Positions 55,274 through 64,000 of a stretch of 64,000 bases of DNA are shown piece after piece (position 1 is the stretch's first letter; each line of letters begins with the position of its first letter). The position numbers were made by a program, and so were the translations under genes. The stretch is from Candidatus Eiseniibacteriota bacterium (lineage in GTDB: Bacteria; Eisenbacteria; RBG-16-71-46; JABDJR01): contig CAVXKA010000001.1 of NCBI GenBank assembly GCA_963762255.1, positions 288,001-352,000 of the forward strand. The letters run 5' to 3'. The notes under the pieces are model-generated. The model was not told where the DNA came from and searched no databases. It saw only the letters and a list, made by a program, of their open reading frames with translations.

Positions 55274-57874
55274 GTGTACTCGCAGCGCATTTCGTGGTTC
55301 TGGCCTCTCTCTTTCCTCATCGCTTTGGGTCAATTGCTCCTGCTCGTGACCCAGAACGCGGGAGGGCCTCCGTTCGCCCGGCTCCTCCTCGCGGCTTGGA
55401 CGTTGTGGATCCCGGGCGTCTGGCTGGGGAATCTTCTCACAAAGCCGCGGACGGGTCTTCCCGCCCGCCTCCCCTTGCAGGTCGGCTCGGCGATGGCGGT
55501 GGTCTACGTGATGCTCGAGGCGCGCGCGGCGGGGTGGCTTCCCGCAGACGCCGCCGCCTTCGGGATCACCTGCGTCTCGGCGGTGATCGGCCTCGTGTTT
55601 CTGCTCCTCCCGGGCAATCCCGGCAGGCAGCGTCGCGCGGCGCGTTGGGAGGCGCGCGAGGTGCGACACGCGGAACCGCAAGTGCTGGCCGCCTTCGCGA
55701 TCCTCCTCGCCGTCACCGCGATCCTGGCCCTGGCGTTCGGATCGCCGCTCTCGCTTCGGTTGGACGGCGTGGACCAGGTGGGGGCGGCTCGTCTGGCCGG
55801 ATCGATGACCCCCGGCTTTCCGGCGCCCGCCTACCACGAGCACCTGGGGCTCGCGGGGAGCGATCCGCACCGAAGTCTCGCTCACGGGCTCGTCGACATG
55901 CTGGCCCGCATGTCGCAGCTCCCGCATCACCGGGTGTGGGGTCTGCTTCCCGCCGTGCTGGCGCCGCTCCTGCTGCTCTCCGTGTACGGGCTCGGGCGCG
56001 TGTTGTTCCGCGACGAGAACCTCGCGGTGGCGTCGGCCTTCGCGTACCTGCTGGTGACCACGGTGGGGTTCTCCAACAACGAGCTGCGCCTGCTCGCGTA
56101 TCCCGATCGATGGGCGCTCATCCCCTACTGGACGGCGGTCGCGCTCTTCATCGACGGCCTCGACCGGCCGCACCCGCGCATCGGCATCGCTCTCGGCCTG
56201 GTGTCGCTCGCCGTGTTCGGAACCCATCTGGGAATGGGCTTCATCCTCGTGCTGGCGTTGCTGGCCATCGGCACCTTCACGTGGCTCTCGGTCGACCGAG
56301 TCATCGAGGGGATCCCGCTCCTTCTCGTGCTCTGGGCGCCGGTCGTGCTCCTCTCCGGCGGCTACGTGCTCCTGCGCGCGCTGCTGCTGGGCGGGCTCGA
56401 ACCGCAGGGAGTCCCCGCGCTGGGGATGCTCGTCGCCGGGCCGGGACGGTTCGCGCTGGATGCGGGACAGGTGCCGGCGGTGATCCGGCTCGCCGCGGTG
56501 CTCGGGGTGGTGGGGCTCGCGGCGATGCTGCGCGAGGCGCACCTGAAGATCTCCGTCTACTACTTCGCCGCGGGGACGGTGCTGGCGCTCGTCCTCGGTT
56601 ACGTGCCGTGGATCACGCCCGGCGTGGAGCGCGGGCTCGGACCCATCGTGCATCTCTTGCCCCGGCTCTGTCCGCTGGCCTGGATTCTGGTCGCGGTGCT
56701 CGCGTGGGCGATCCGAGGGCTGGTGCGCTCGGAGGGACACACGTGGCTGCGTTTCCTCACGGTGGGTCTCGGGATCGTCGTGACGATCTGGCTTCTCATC
56801 GTGGGAGCGAGCAGCCTGGCCTATGCGCCCGGGAAGCTGCGCGGGCAACGGGCCGCGGGGCCCGAATCGTTGCGACCGCTGGCGGACTCGCTGCGCGTGC
56901 GCGTCTCCGGCGAGCCGGTGGTGCTCTGCGACGCGGCGGGAGCGGCTGCGCTGGCCGCGTACACGCCGGCTCGATCGATGTTCGTTCCGTCCGATCCACG
57001 CGCGCCGCGCGCCGAGGCGTGGCGGCTCTACGCGTCGGCGAGGGAGGCGCTCGTGCCCCCCGCGAATCCAAGTTCGGTCTTCGATTCGTTGCACGTCGAA
57101 GTCGATCGCAGCCGCGACGTCCTTGCCGCGTTCATGGACCGCCACGAGGTCGATCTTCTTGTACTCCCGCACAGGACGGCAGCGGCCGAGTGGCCCGGCG
57201 CGAACTTTGCCCGCGGCGATGCGTGGTTGAGCCGCAGCGGCACGGCGGCGTGGGAGACCTGTCTCGATGCGGATATGGATCACTTCGAACGCGTCGATCT
57301 CTCCCCGCTAGGCGCGGCGTACGCGCTCTCCTTCGCGCCGTCCGAAGCGGCGATCGTGCCCGAGGTCGTCGGCTCACCGGCTCCGCCGCGCCCGCCCGGC
57401 TTGCTTCGTTCCCCTGCTCCCGCGATCGCGCAGCTTCTCGTGGACGCAGCCCGCGTCGCCCCCGGCGACACGCTTGTCGTGCGCGTGCCGTGGAACGCGC
57501 CGACCTCCGCCGGCCTCGACCCCCGCGGCTACCGCCTGCGCGTCGAGCTGGTGATGCTCTCCGAGGCCTCTTCCTTCTGGCGCGCGTTGCCTCGGCGCGC
57601 GTGGCGCACGATGACGGGGACCTGGTGGGAGCGCGGCGGCGCGACCGGCGTGGAGATGCCGCTCGCGGGCGGATTGTCCCCCGCGCAGTGGAGCGGTAGC
57701 GGCGAGGAGACGGTGCGGCTCCCCATTCCGAAATGGCTCGGGCCCGGCACCTACGATCTGCGGGCACGCGCGCTGCCCGGAGCGCTCTCCGCGGACCGCG
57801 TTCGCGGCGGCGCGTCGATCCTCCCATCCTCACCGCAGCCGGTCCTGGTCACCGTGACGGCGCGCGGGCGGTAG
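55274..57874 (+). CDS. Large polytopic membrane protein, GT-C-like, with a C-terminal Ig-like domain
   Basis: WIPG, about 14 TM segments, VVLCD tail, ARVAPGD.L.V...W, LPIPKWLGPGTYDL. Confidence 0.6.
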   Translation: MYSQRISWFWPLSFLIALGQLLLLVTQNAGGPPFARLLLAAWTLWIPGVWLGNLLTKPRTGLPARLPLQVGSAMAVVYVMLEARAAGWLPADAAAFGITCVSAVIGLVFLLLPGNPGRQRRAARWEAREVRHAEPQVLAAFAILLAVTAILALAFGSPLSLRLDGVDQVGAARLAGSMTPGFPAPAYHEHLGLAGSDPHRSLAHGLVDMLARMSQLPHHRVWGLLPAVLAPLLLLSVYGLGRVLFRDENLAVASAFAYLLVTTVGFSNNELRLLAYPDRWALIPYWTAVALFIDGLDRPHPRIGIALGLVSLAVFGTHLGMGFILVLALLAIGTFTWLSVDRVIEGIPLLLVLWAPVVLLSGGYVLLRALLLGGLEPQGVPALGMLVAGPGRFALDAGQVPAVIRLAAVLGVVGLAAMLREAHLKISVYYFAAGTVLALVLGYVPWITPGVERGLGPIVHLLPRLCPLAWILVAVLAWAIRGLVRSEGHTWLRFLTVGLGIVVTIWLLIVGASSLAYAPGKLRGQRAAGPESLRPLADSLRVRVSGEPVVLCDAAGAAALAAYTPARSMFVPSDPRAPRAEAWRLYASAREALVPPANPSSVFDSLHVEVDRSRDVLAAFMDRHEVDLLVLPHRTAAAEWPGANFARGDAWLSRSGTAAWETCLDADMDHFERVDLSPLGAAYALSFAPSEAAIVPEVVGSPAPPRPPGLLRSPAPAIAQLLVDAARVAPGDTLVVRVPWNAPTSAGLDPRGYRLRVELVMLSEASSFWRALPRRAWRTMTGTWWERGGATGVEMPLAGGLSPAQWSGSGEETVRLPIPKWLGPGTYDLRARALPGALSADRVRGGASILPSSPQPVLVTVTARGR

Positions 57875-57991
57875 ACGCTGCCTTTTGCCTTGTAATGGTC
57901 CTCCGCGCGGAGGACCATTGTCGGTCTACCCCTCCGCGGACCGGCGTGACCCGGCCGTGCTTCGAGTCGCGCACACGCTGGGAGTGGATGA

Positions 57992-59970
57992 ATGACCCGC
58001 ACCGTACCCCCCTCCGACCCCAAGCCCCGCATGACCTCCCCACCCGCCGATCACCTATCCGACGAAGACGCCTACGAACTGCCGGTCAAGGGCTTCCAAG
58101 GCACTCCGGACGAAGTGGAGCGCCAGTGGTTCGAGCAGTGCTACACGGGACGCGGCGACTCGATGGCCCAGCTCACCTGGCGGGCGGTCATCATGGGCTC
58201 GATCCTGGGCGGAATCCTCTCGCTGACCAACCTCTACATCGGGCTCAAGGCCGGTTGGGGGTTCGGCGTGGCCATCACCGCGTGCATCCTCTCGTATTCG
58301 ATCTGGACCGGCTTCTACAAGATCGGGCTGGCCAAGACGAAGATGACGATCCTCGAGAACAACTGCATGCAGTCCACCGCCGTCGTCGGCGGGCTACTCG
58401 ACCGGCGGGACGCTGATCTCGGCCTTCGCCGCCTACATCCTCATCAACAACCACGACGCTGCCCATCCCGATGATGCTGGGCTGGGTGTTCTTCCTGGCC
58501 GTGCTCGGCGTGACGATGGCGATGCCGATGAAGCGGCAGATGATCAACATCGAGCAGCTTCGCTTCCCGAGCGGCATCGCCGCCGCCGAGACGCTGCGCG
58601 CGCTCCACTCGCAGCGGCGAGAAGGGCGCGCGGGCGGCGCGGGCCCTGGGCATCTGGGGCGGGCTCGCCGCCGCTCAACCAGTTCTGGCTGGACGGTCTG
58701 CGGCTCATCAACTCCGCGACTGGGAGCGATTCCAGCTCTCCAGCCTCACGACCTGGTTGAGCGAGAAGACGCTCGGGCCGACCTGGATCGGGCGAACAGT
58801 GACCATGCAGTGGGACCCCATCTTCATCGCCGCCGGCATGTTCGTGGGGATGCGGGTCTCGGTCAGCATCCTGATCGGCTCCATCACCTGCTGGATGATG
58901 TTCGTCCCCTGGATCCAGGCGCACATCCCCGAAGCGGCCGGCGTCACCGGGTTCCGCGAGCTCGTGCAGTGGAGCCTGTGGGGCGGCACCGCCTGCATGG
59001 TGACCTCCGGCATCCTGGCCGTAGTGCTGCAGTGGAAGAGCGTGATGCGGGCGTTCAGCGGGCTCGGCGGCATGCTCTCGCGCAAGCCGAAGCAGGTCGG
59101 GCCGGTGGATCCGATGAAGGCGCATCGAGGTGCCCAACTCCTGGTTCATCAGCGGGCAGTTCATTTCGCTCATCGGCATCGCGTGGCTGGCCCACGCCAC
59201 GTTCGGCATGCCGTACTGGCAGAGCGCATTGGCGGTCGTGCTGACGTTCGCTCTGGCGCTGGTGGCGTGCCGAGTCACCGGCGAGACCGACACGACGCCG
59301 ATCGGCGCGATGGGCAAGATCATGCAGCTCACCTTCGGCGGGCTGGCCCCCGGCAACATGAACATCAACCTGATGGCCGCCAACATCACCGCCGGGGCGG
59401 CGAGTTCCTCGGCTGACCTGCTCACCGACCTCAAGAGCGGCTACCTCCTGGGCGCGCACCCTCGCAAGCAGTTCATCGCGCAGTTCGCGGGGATCTTCAT
59501 GGGGACGCTGATCACCGTGTTCGCGTTCAGCGTCATGGTGCCGAACGCATCGGTGCTGGGCTCGGACCAGTTCCCCGCCCCGGCGGCACAGACGTGGCGA
59601 GGCGTGGCCGAGGCCATGGCGCTCGGGCTCTCCCACATGCATCCGGTCAAGCTGTGGTCGATCGTGATCGGCGGGCTGGTGGGCATCCTCCTGCCCGCTG
59701 CTCTCGAGGATCTTCCCGAAGGTGGCGAAGTGGTTGCCGTCGCCGGCCGGTCTCGGCCTTGCCTGGGTCTTCCAGTGGTACTACGGCGTGCTCTTCTTCA
59801 TGGGCGCGGTGATCGCGGCCCTCTGGCAGAAGCGGCGCGCGAAGCAAGCCGAGGAGTATCTCTTCCCGATCGCATCGGGGATCATCGCGGGCGGCGCTCT
59901 CATGGGCGTCGTGTTGATCTTCTGGGAGAACGGCCCCGATATGCTCAAGATCCTGCTGAAAAGGCAATAG
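57992..59970 (+). CDS. OPT-family oligopeptide transporter, multiple frameshifts
   Basis: QLTWRAV, NLYIGLKAGW, ENNCMQS, LRFPSGIAAAE, GETDTTPIGAMGK, DLKSGYLLGAHPR, FPAPAA..W, ASGIIAG. Confidence 0.88.
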
Positions 59971-60027
59971 GCAGGGTCTCGTTCGAGGTTCGTGAGGGAG
60001 CGCCCGCAGTCCGGAGCGCCGCGAAGA

Positions 60028-60098
60028 GACTCGCCCGTCGGCCGCAGTCCGAAGGGCCGCGAAGCGGGGGCCCCTTCGGCGAGGGCGACAGGCGAGTC
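60028..60098. terminator. Long hairpin between convergent genes (terminator or REP-like)
   Basis: GACTCGCC...CCGAAGGGCC...GGCCCCTTCGG...GGCGAGTC nested inverted repeats. Confidence 0.45.
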
Positions 60099-60111
60099 GC
60101 GTAGCGGCGCG

Positions 60112-60726
60112 TCAGGGCAGCCGCGCGAACCGCGCGCGCACCCAACGGAACGGCAGGAACATCGATACCTCGCGCCGGTACGCACGGTACTCCTCGCCGA
60201 ACTCCGCGAGCAGCTTGCTCTCCTCGAGATATGCGCCGATGACGAGATAAAGGCTCAGCATGATCGAGGTGACCAGGCTCGCCGCATCTTTCGGCCGCAC
60301 CCACAGGATGCAGAGTCCCGCCGTGTACCACGGATGCCGGATCGCGCCGAGGACGCCTCGGCGGGACAGTCCGCCCGCCGCGCCCATGCCGGAACGTGCG
60401 CGCCCCGCCAGTCCAAGGAACACGTGCAAGTCGTACACGCGCCCGCCCGCCCAGAACAACGCGAGCGATGCCGCAAGCAGCGGTGCGCCGATCGGGATCC
60501 ATGCACCCCACCAGTCGAAGACGACCGGACCGCGGAGACTGAGCGAATACGCGTAGATCGGAACGAACGTCACGAACGCGACCACGTTGAAGCCAACGCG
60601 CACGAAACGAAACCGCGGCCCGAGCCTGGTTTGTAGTGCGCGCTGCACGCCCCGCGCGATGAGGAGACTGTGAAGCGCGCACCATGCGGTCCAGAGGAGT
60701 GCCAGTCGCCAGAGATCAGGAGTCAC
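60112..60726 (-). CDS. Isoprenylcysteine carboxyl methyltransferase family (NnrU/MddA-like) membrane protein
   Basis: LHSLL, FLGL, IRHPWY, YLVIGAYLEE, FGEEYRAYRREVSMFLP. Confidence 0.82.
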   Translation of the reverse strand: MTPDLWRLALLWTAWCALHSLLIARGVQRALQTRLGPRFRFVRVGFNVVAFVTFVPIYAYSLSLRGPVVFDWWGAWIPIGAPLLAASLALFWAGGRVYDLHVFLGLAGRARSGMGAAGGLSRRGVLGAIRHPWYTAGLCILWVRPKDAASLVTSIMLSLYLVIGAYLEESKLLAEFGEEYRAYRREVSMFLPFRWVRARFARLP

Positions 60727-60753
60727 GGCTTGGGCCTCGGATTCGGCTGGAGA

Positions 60754-62946
60754 TCAGGCGTCAACGTGGGAGGCATAGAACCCGCGCGCGCGGCGGCGCA
60801 GGGCCTCGGAGGGGGTTACGCGCAGGCCGACGGTCTGCGTGAGCGCATCCAAGCGCGCCGCGATCTCCCCGACCCCGCGCGCGTCGGCGTAGCGCAGCAA
60901 TCCGCCGCGGAAGGGCGGGAAGCCTGTGCCCATGACCATGCCGAGGTCCACGTCGAGCGGCCGCGTCACGATTCCCTCGTCGAGGCAACGCGCGGCCTCG
61001 TTCACCATCGGCAGCACGAGCCGGTCGAGCACGTCGGTCTCGGTGAACGTGCGCCGCACCGGCGAGCCCGCGGCGGCCTGCGCCTCGGGCGACGCGTGCC
61101 GTGCCTTTCCCGGCGCGTAGACGTAGAACCCGCGGCCGCTCTTCCTGCCAAGATCGCCGCGTTCCACCAACCGCCCCAAGGTCGCCTGGCGCGGGAGCCG
61201 GTCGCCGAATTCCATCTCCACGACGTGCGTGACCTTGTCGGCCACGTCGAGGCCGATCTGATCCAGAAGCGCGAACGGTCCCATCGGCATGCCGAACGCG
61301 GTGAGCACGTCGTCGATCATCTCCGGATCCGCACCGCTTTCGAAGAGCGCGAGCGCCTCGCCGAGGTAGAACGCCAGAAGCCGGTTCACCAGGAAACCCG
61401 GGCCGTCCTTCACCAGGATCGGCGTCTTGCCCAGATCGAGCGCGAGCCGGTACGCGGTGGCCACCGCCCATGCCGCGCTCTTCGGTCCCGCCACCACTTC
61501 GACCAGCGGCATGCGGTCCACCGGATTGAAGAAGTGGAGGCCGACGATGCGCTCCGGACGAAGCGCGTCTCTCGCGATGTCGGCCACGCGCAAGGACGAT
61601 GTGTTGGTCGCGAGCACGGCGTCGTCGCCCATCACCGCCTCGAGTTCGTTCATCACCTTGCGCTTCACATCGAGGTTCTCGTTCACCGCTTCGATGCCGA
61701 CCTGCGCGAGATGGAAACCCGTGTAGTCGAGTGTGAAGGAGAGTCTCTCCAGGCGACGGTCGCGTTCGGCGGCGGTGAGGCGGCGGCGGCGCACGCTCTT
61801 CGACCAGATCCCGGCCGCGGTGTCGAGCGCCCCGGCCAGCGCGGGCGCGGCGATGTCCTTCACGCGGATGGGGAGCCCGCCCTCCGCGGCGAGCCATGCG
61901 ATGCCCCCGCCCATCACGCCCGCGCCGACGACGGCCAGCCGTTTCACGTCGCGCGCCTGGTCGAGATCGAGGCCTGCCGGCTGTTTCGATTGTCCGGAAA
62001 TCTTGAAGAGCCACGTCAAATTCTTACTGGTATCGGTGACGATGGCCTCGCCGAGGAGCCGCGCTTCGTTGCGATACGCCGCGATCTCGCCCATGTGAAA
62101 GCCCGCCGACACCGACTCCATCGCCAGATGCGGCGCGGGATAGTGCTCGCGCGGAGCCGCCTTGGCGAACGCGCCCCGCGCCTTGCCGAATACGAAATTG
62201 CGCAGGAGCGGTACCGCGGCGATCACGCGCTCCTTGCGGCCCGGCCGGTGCGGCGCGAGCTTGCGCGTGCCGAGGAGCACCTCGCGCGCCACTGCGCGTC
62301 CCATGCCGGACGGCACGAGCGCGTCCACCAGGCCGCGCTTGAACGCGGCCTTCGCCGGCACCGTCTTGCCGGCAAGGATGATGTCGAGCGCGGTCGGGAT
62401 CCCGACGCGCCTCGGCAGGCGCTGCGTCCCGCCGAAACCGGGAAGGATGCCGAGGCGCACTTCCGGGAGGCCCACCTTCACCGCGTCCACGTTCTCCGCG
62501 ATGCGCCAGGTGCAGGCGAGGGCAAGTTCGTAGCCGCCGCCCAGACACGGGCCGGTGATGACCGCCGCCGTCGGCCGCGGGAAGCGCGCGATGGCTTCGA
62601 ACACCGCCTGCCCGTAGGCCGCCTTCTCCGCGCCGAGCCGCGCATCCGTGATGCCGGCGATCTCGTTGACGTCGGCGCCCGCGATGAACATGCCCGGCTT
62701 GTCGCTCGCGAACACCAGCGCCTTTACCCCGCGTCGCTGTGCCTCGTCGAGCGCGTCGCGCAGCGCTTCCATTACCGGGGTGCCGAGCTTGTTGATCTTC
62801 TCGCCGGGCAGATCGAACAGGATCCAGCCGATGCCGTCCTCGTCCACATGGAGCAGCACACCGGAGGCAGGCGGTTCCGCTGCCGGGCGCTCGAAATCGA
62901 GCCGGATCTGCGGAGGAGCACCGGACGGCCCGCGCGGATCGATCAT
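60754..62946 (-). CDS. fadJ: Fatty-acid oxidation multifunctional enzyme alpha subunit (enoyl-CoA hydratase/3-hydroxyacyl-CoA dehydrogenase)
   Basis: FIAGADV, CLGGGYE, GLPEVRLGILPGFGGTQRLP, GAGVMGGG, TNTSS, HFFNP, GTGFPPFRGG. Confidence 0.88.
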   Translation of the reverse strand: MIDPRGPSGAPPQIRLDFERPAAEPPASGVLLHVDEDGIGWILFDLPGEKINKLGTPVMEALRDALDEAQRRGVKALVFASDKPGMFIAGADVNEIAGITDARLGAEKAAYGQAVFEAIARFPRPTAAVITGPCLGGGYELALACTWRIAENVDAVKVGLPEVRLGILPGFGGTQRLPRRVGIPTALDIILAGKTVPAKAAFKRGLVDALVPSGMGRAVAREVLLGTRKLAPHRPGRKERVIAAVPLLRNFVFGKARGAFAKAAPREHYPAPHLAMESVSAGFHMGEIAAYRNEARLLGEAIVTDTSKNLTWLFKISGQSKQPAGLDLDQARDVKRLAVVGAGVMGGGIAWLAAEGGLPIRVKDIAAPALAGALDTAAGIWSKSVRRRRLTAAERDRRLERLSFTLDYTGFHLAQVGIEAVNENLDVKRKVMNELEAVMGDDAVLATNTSSLRVADIARDALRPERIVGLHFFNPVDRMPLVEVVAGPKSAAWAVATAYRLALDLGKTPILVKDGPGFLVNRLLAFYLGEALALFESGADPEMIDDVLTAFGMPMGPFALLDQIGLDVADKVTHVVEMEFGDRLPRQATLGRLVERGDLGRKSGRGFYVYAPGKARHASPEAQAAAGSPVRRTFTETDVLDRLVLPMVNEAARCLDEGIVTRPLDVDLGMVMGTGFPPFRGGLLRYADARGVGEIAARLDALTQTVGLRVTPSEALRRRARGFYASHVDA

Positions 62947-64000
62947 GCGCGCTCCAAGAGGACAGCGCCGCCCTGGCCGCCGCCGATACAAAGGGTGACG
63001 AGGCCCAACTCCACGTCGCGACGGCGCATCTCGAGGAGCGCCGTCAGGACGAGCCGCGCGCCGGTCGCGCCCACCGGATGGCCGAGCGCGATCGCTCCGC
63101 CGTTCACGTTGAGCCGGTCGGGATCGATGGCCCCGATCGCGCGGGACCGGCCCAGTTCGTCGCGCGCGAACGCATCGGAAGCAAAGGCCTTCAGATTCGC
63201 GAGCACGACGGCGGCGAATGCCTCGTTCATCTCGACGAGACCGATGCGGCGCATATCCACGCCGGCGCGGTCCAACGCGCGCGCCGTCGCGAAGGCGGGG
63301 CCGAGACCCATGCGCGCGGGTGAGAGCGCCGCAAATTCGGTGGACCGAATCCAACCCAGCACGGGGAGCCCGCGCTCCCGCACCGCACGCTCGGAGGCCA
63401 GCACGAGCGCGGCCGCGCCGTCCGTAATCTGGCTCGCATTGCCCGCGGTGACGGTGCCGTAGCGGCGATCGAAGGCGGGCGCGAGCTTGGCGAGCGCCGC
63501 CATCGATTGCTCGTGGCGCAGTCCGACGTCCTCCGCCGCGAACTTGCGGTAGTCGGGCGGGAGTGGCACCGGCGTGATCTCGGGGGCCAGGCGCCCCTCC
63601 TTCTGCGCCGCGGACGCCAGCTCGTGACTGCGCAGCGCGAACGCGTCCTGCTCCTCGCGCGAGAGATGAAACTCGCGCGCGAGCACCTCGGCGGTCTCCC
63701 CCATGTTGAGCCCGCAGAAGTTGTCGGTGAGGCCGACCACGAGACCCAGGATCGGCTTGAAATCGGCGGCGCGGAACCCGGCGAAGGCCCCGAGCCGCGC
63801 CGGCAGGCTGCGCGCGCGCATGACGCGCTCGAGCTTGCCCTTCATCGACTCCGGAAAGAGGAGCGGGATCAGCGACATCGATTCGGTGCCGCCCGCCGCG
63901 ATCAGGTGCGCGCGCCCCGTCTCGATGCGCAGCATCGCGTCGGCGATCGCCTGCAGCGCCGAGCCGCAATTGCGGTTCACGGTGTAGGCGGACGTAGAAA
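62943..64000 (-). CDS. fadI: 3-ketoacyl-CoA thiolase (5' truncated by the window)
   Basis: TVNRNCGS, GGTESMS, TAGNASQITDGAA, NEAF, GHPVGATG, CIGGGQG. Confidence 0.85.
   Translation of the reverse strand, partial: STSAYTVNRNCGSALQAIADAMLRIETGRAHLIAAGGTESMSLIPLLFPESMKGKLERVMRARSLPARLGAFAGFRAADFKPILGLVVGLTDNFCGLNMGETAEVLAREFHLSREEQDAFALRSHELASAAQKEGRLAPEITPVPLPPDYRKFAAEDVGLRHEQSMAALAKLAPAFDRRYGTVTAGNASQITDGAAALVLASERAVRERGLPVLGWIRSTEFAALSPARMGLGPAFATARALDRAGVDMRRIGLVEMNEAFAAVVLANLKAFASDAFARDELGRSRAIGAIDPDRLNVNGGAIALGHPVGATGARLVLTALLEMRRRDVELGLVTLCIGGGQGGAVLLERA

Overview
High-GC bacterial chromosome segment. The FlgD-Ig-type C-terminal sorting domains, PEP-CTERM gene and overall gene content suggest an FCB-related candidate phylum such as Eisenbacteria; this is inference only. 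Left to right: a giant secreted Ig-like/Asp-rich protein running off the left edge; ychF, tRNA-Lys, purA; a PEP-CTERM gene with a sigma54 promoter and TGT-N11-ACA enhancer; tRNA-Leu-tig-clpP-clpX-lon; hbd-crt-thiolase-leuB-like genes; a single-operon type IVa pilus cluster (pilB-C-A-V-W-X-M-N-O-P-Q-T) followed by a membrane protein and a CGC-motif UshA-like protein; an rluB-like gene; an S9-type hydrolase; two tandem paralogous glycoside-hydrolase-like/FN3/FlgD-CTD genes sharing about 1.94 kb of near-identical DNA, including a sigma54 promoter; dinB; an orphan sigma54 promoter with a structured ~140 nt unit and terminator (candidate sRNA); HD and YHS-thioredoxin genes; a DUF4129-DUF4350-MoxR-DUF58-SpoIIM-RDD cluster converging on a sensorless sigma54 activator-GPP34-membrane protein unit; a prmA-like gene; two divergent GT-C-like membrane proteins; an OPT transporter; an ICMT-family methyltransferase; fadJ/fadI-like genes. 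Many otherwise intact genes carry small indels, most likely long-read consensus errors. No CRISPR array, IS or prophage was seen.
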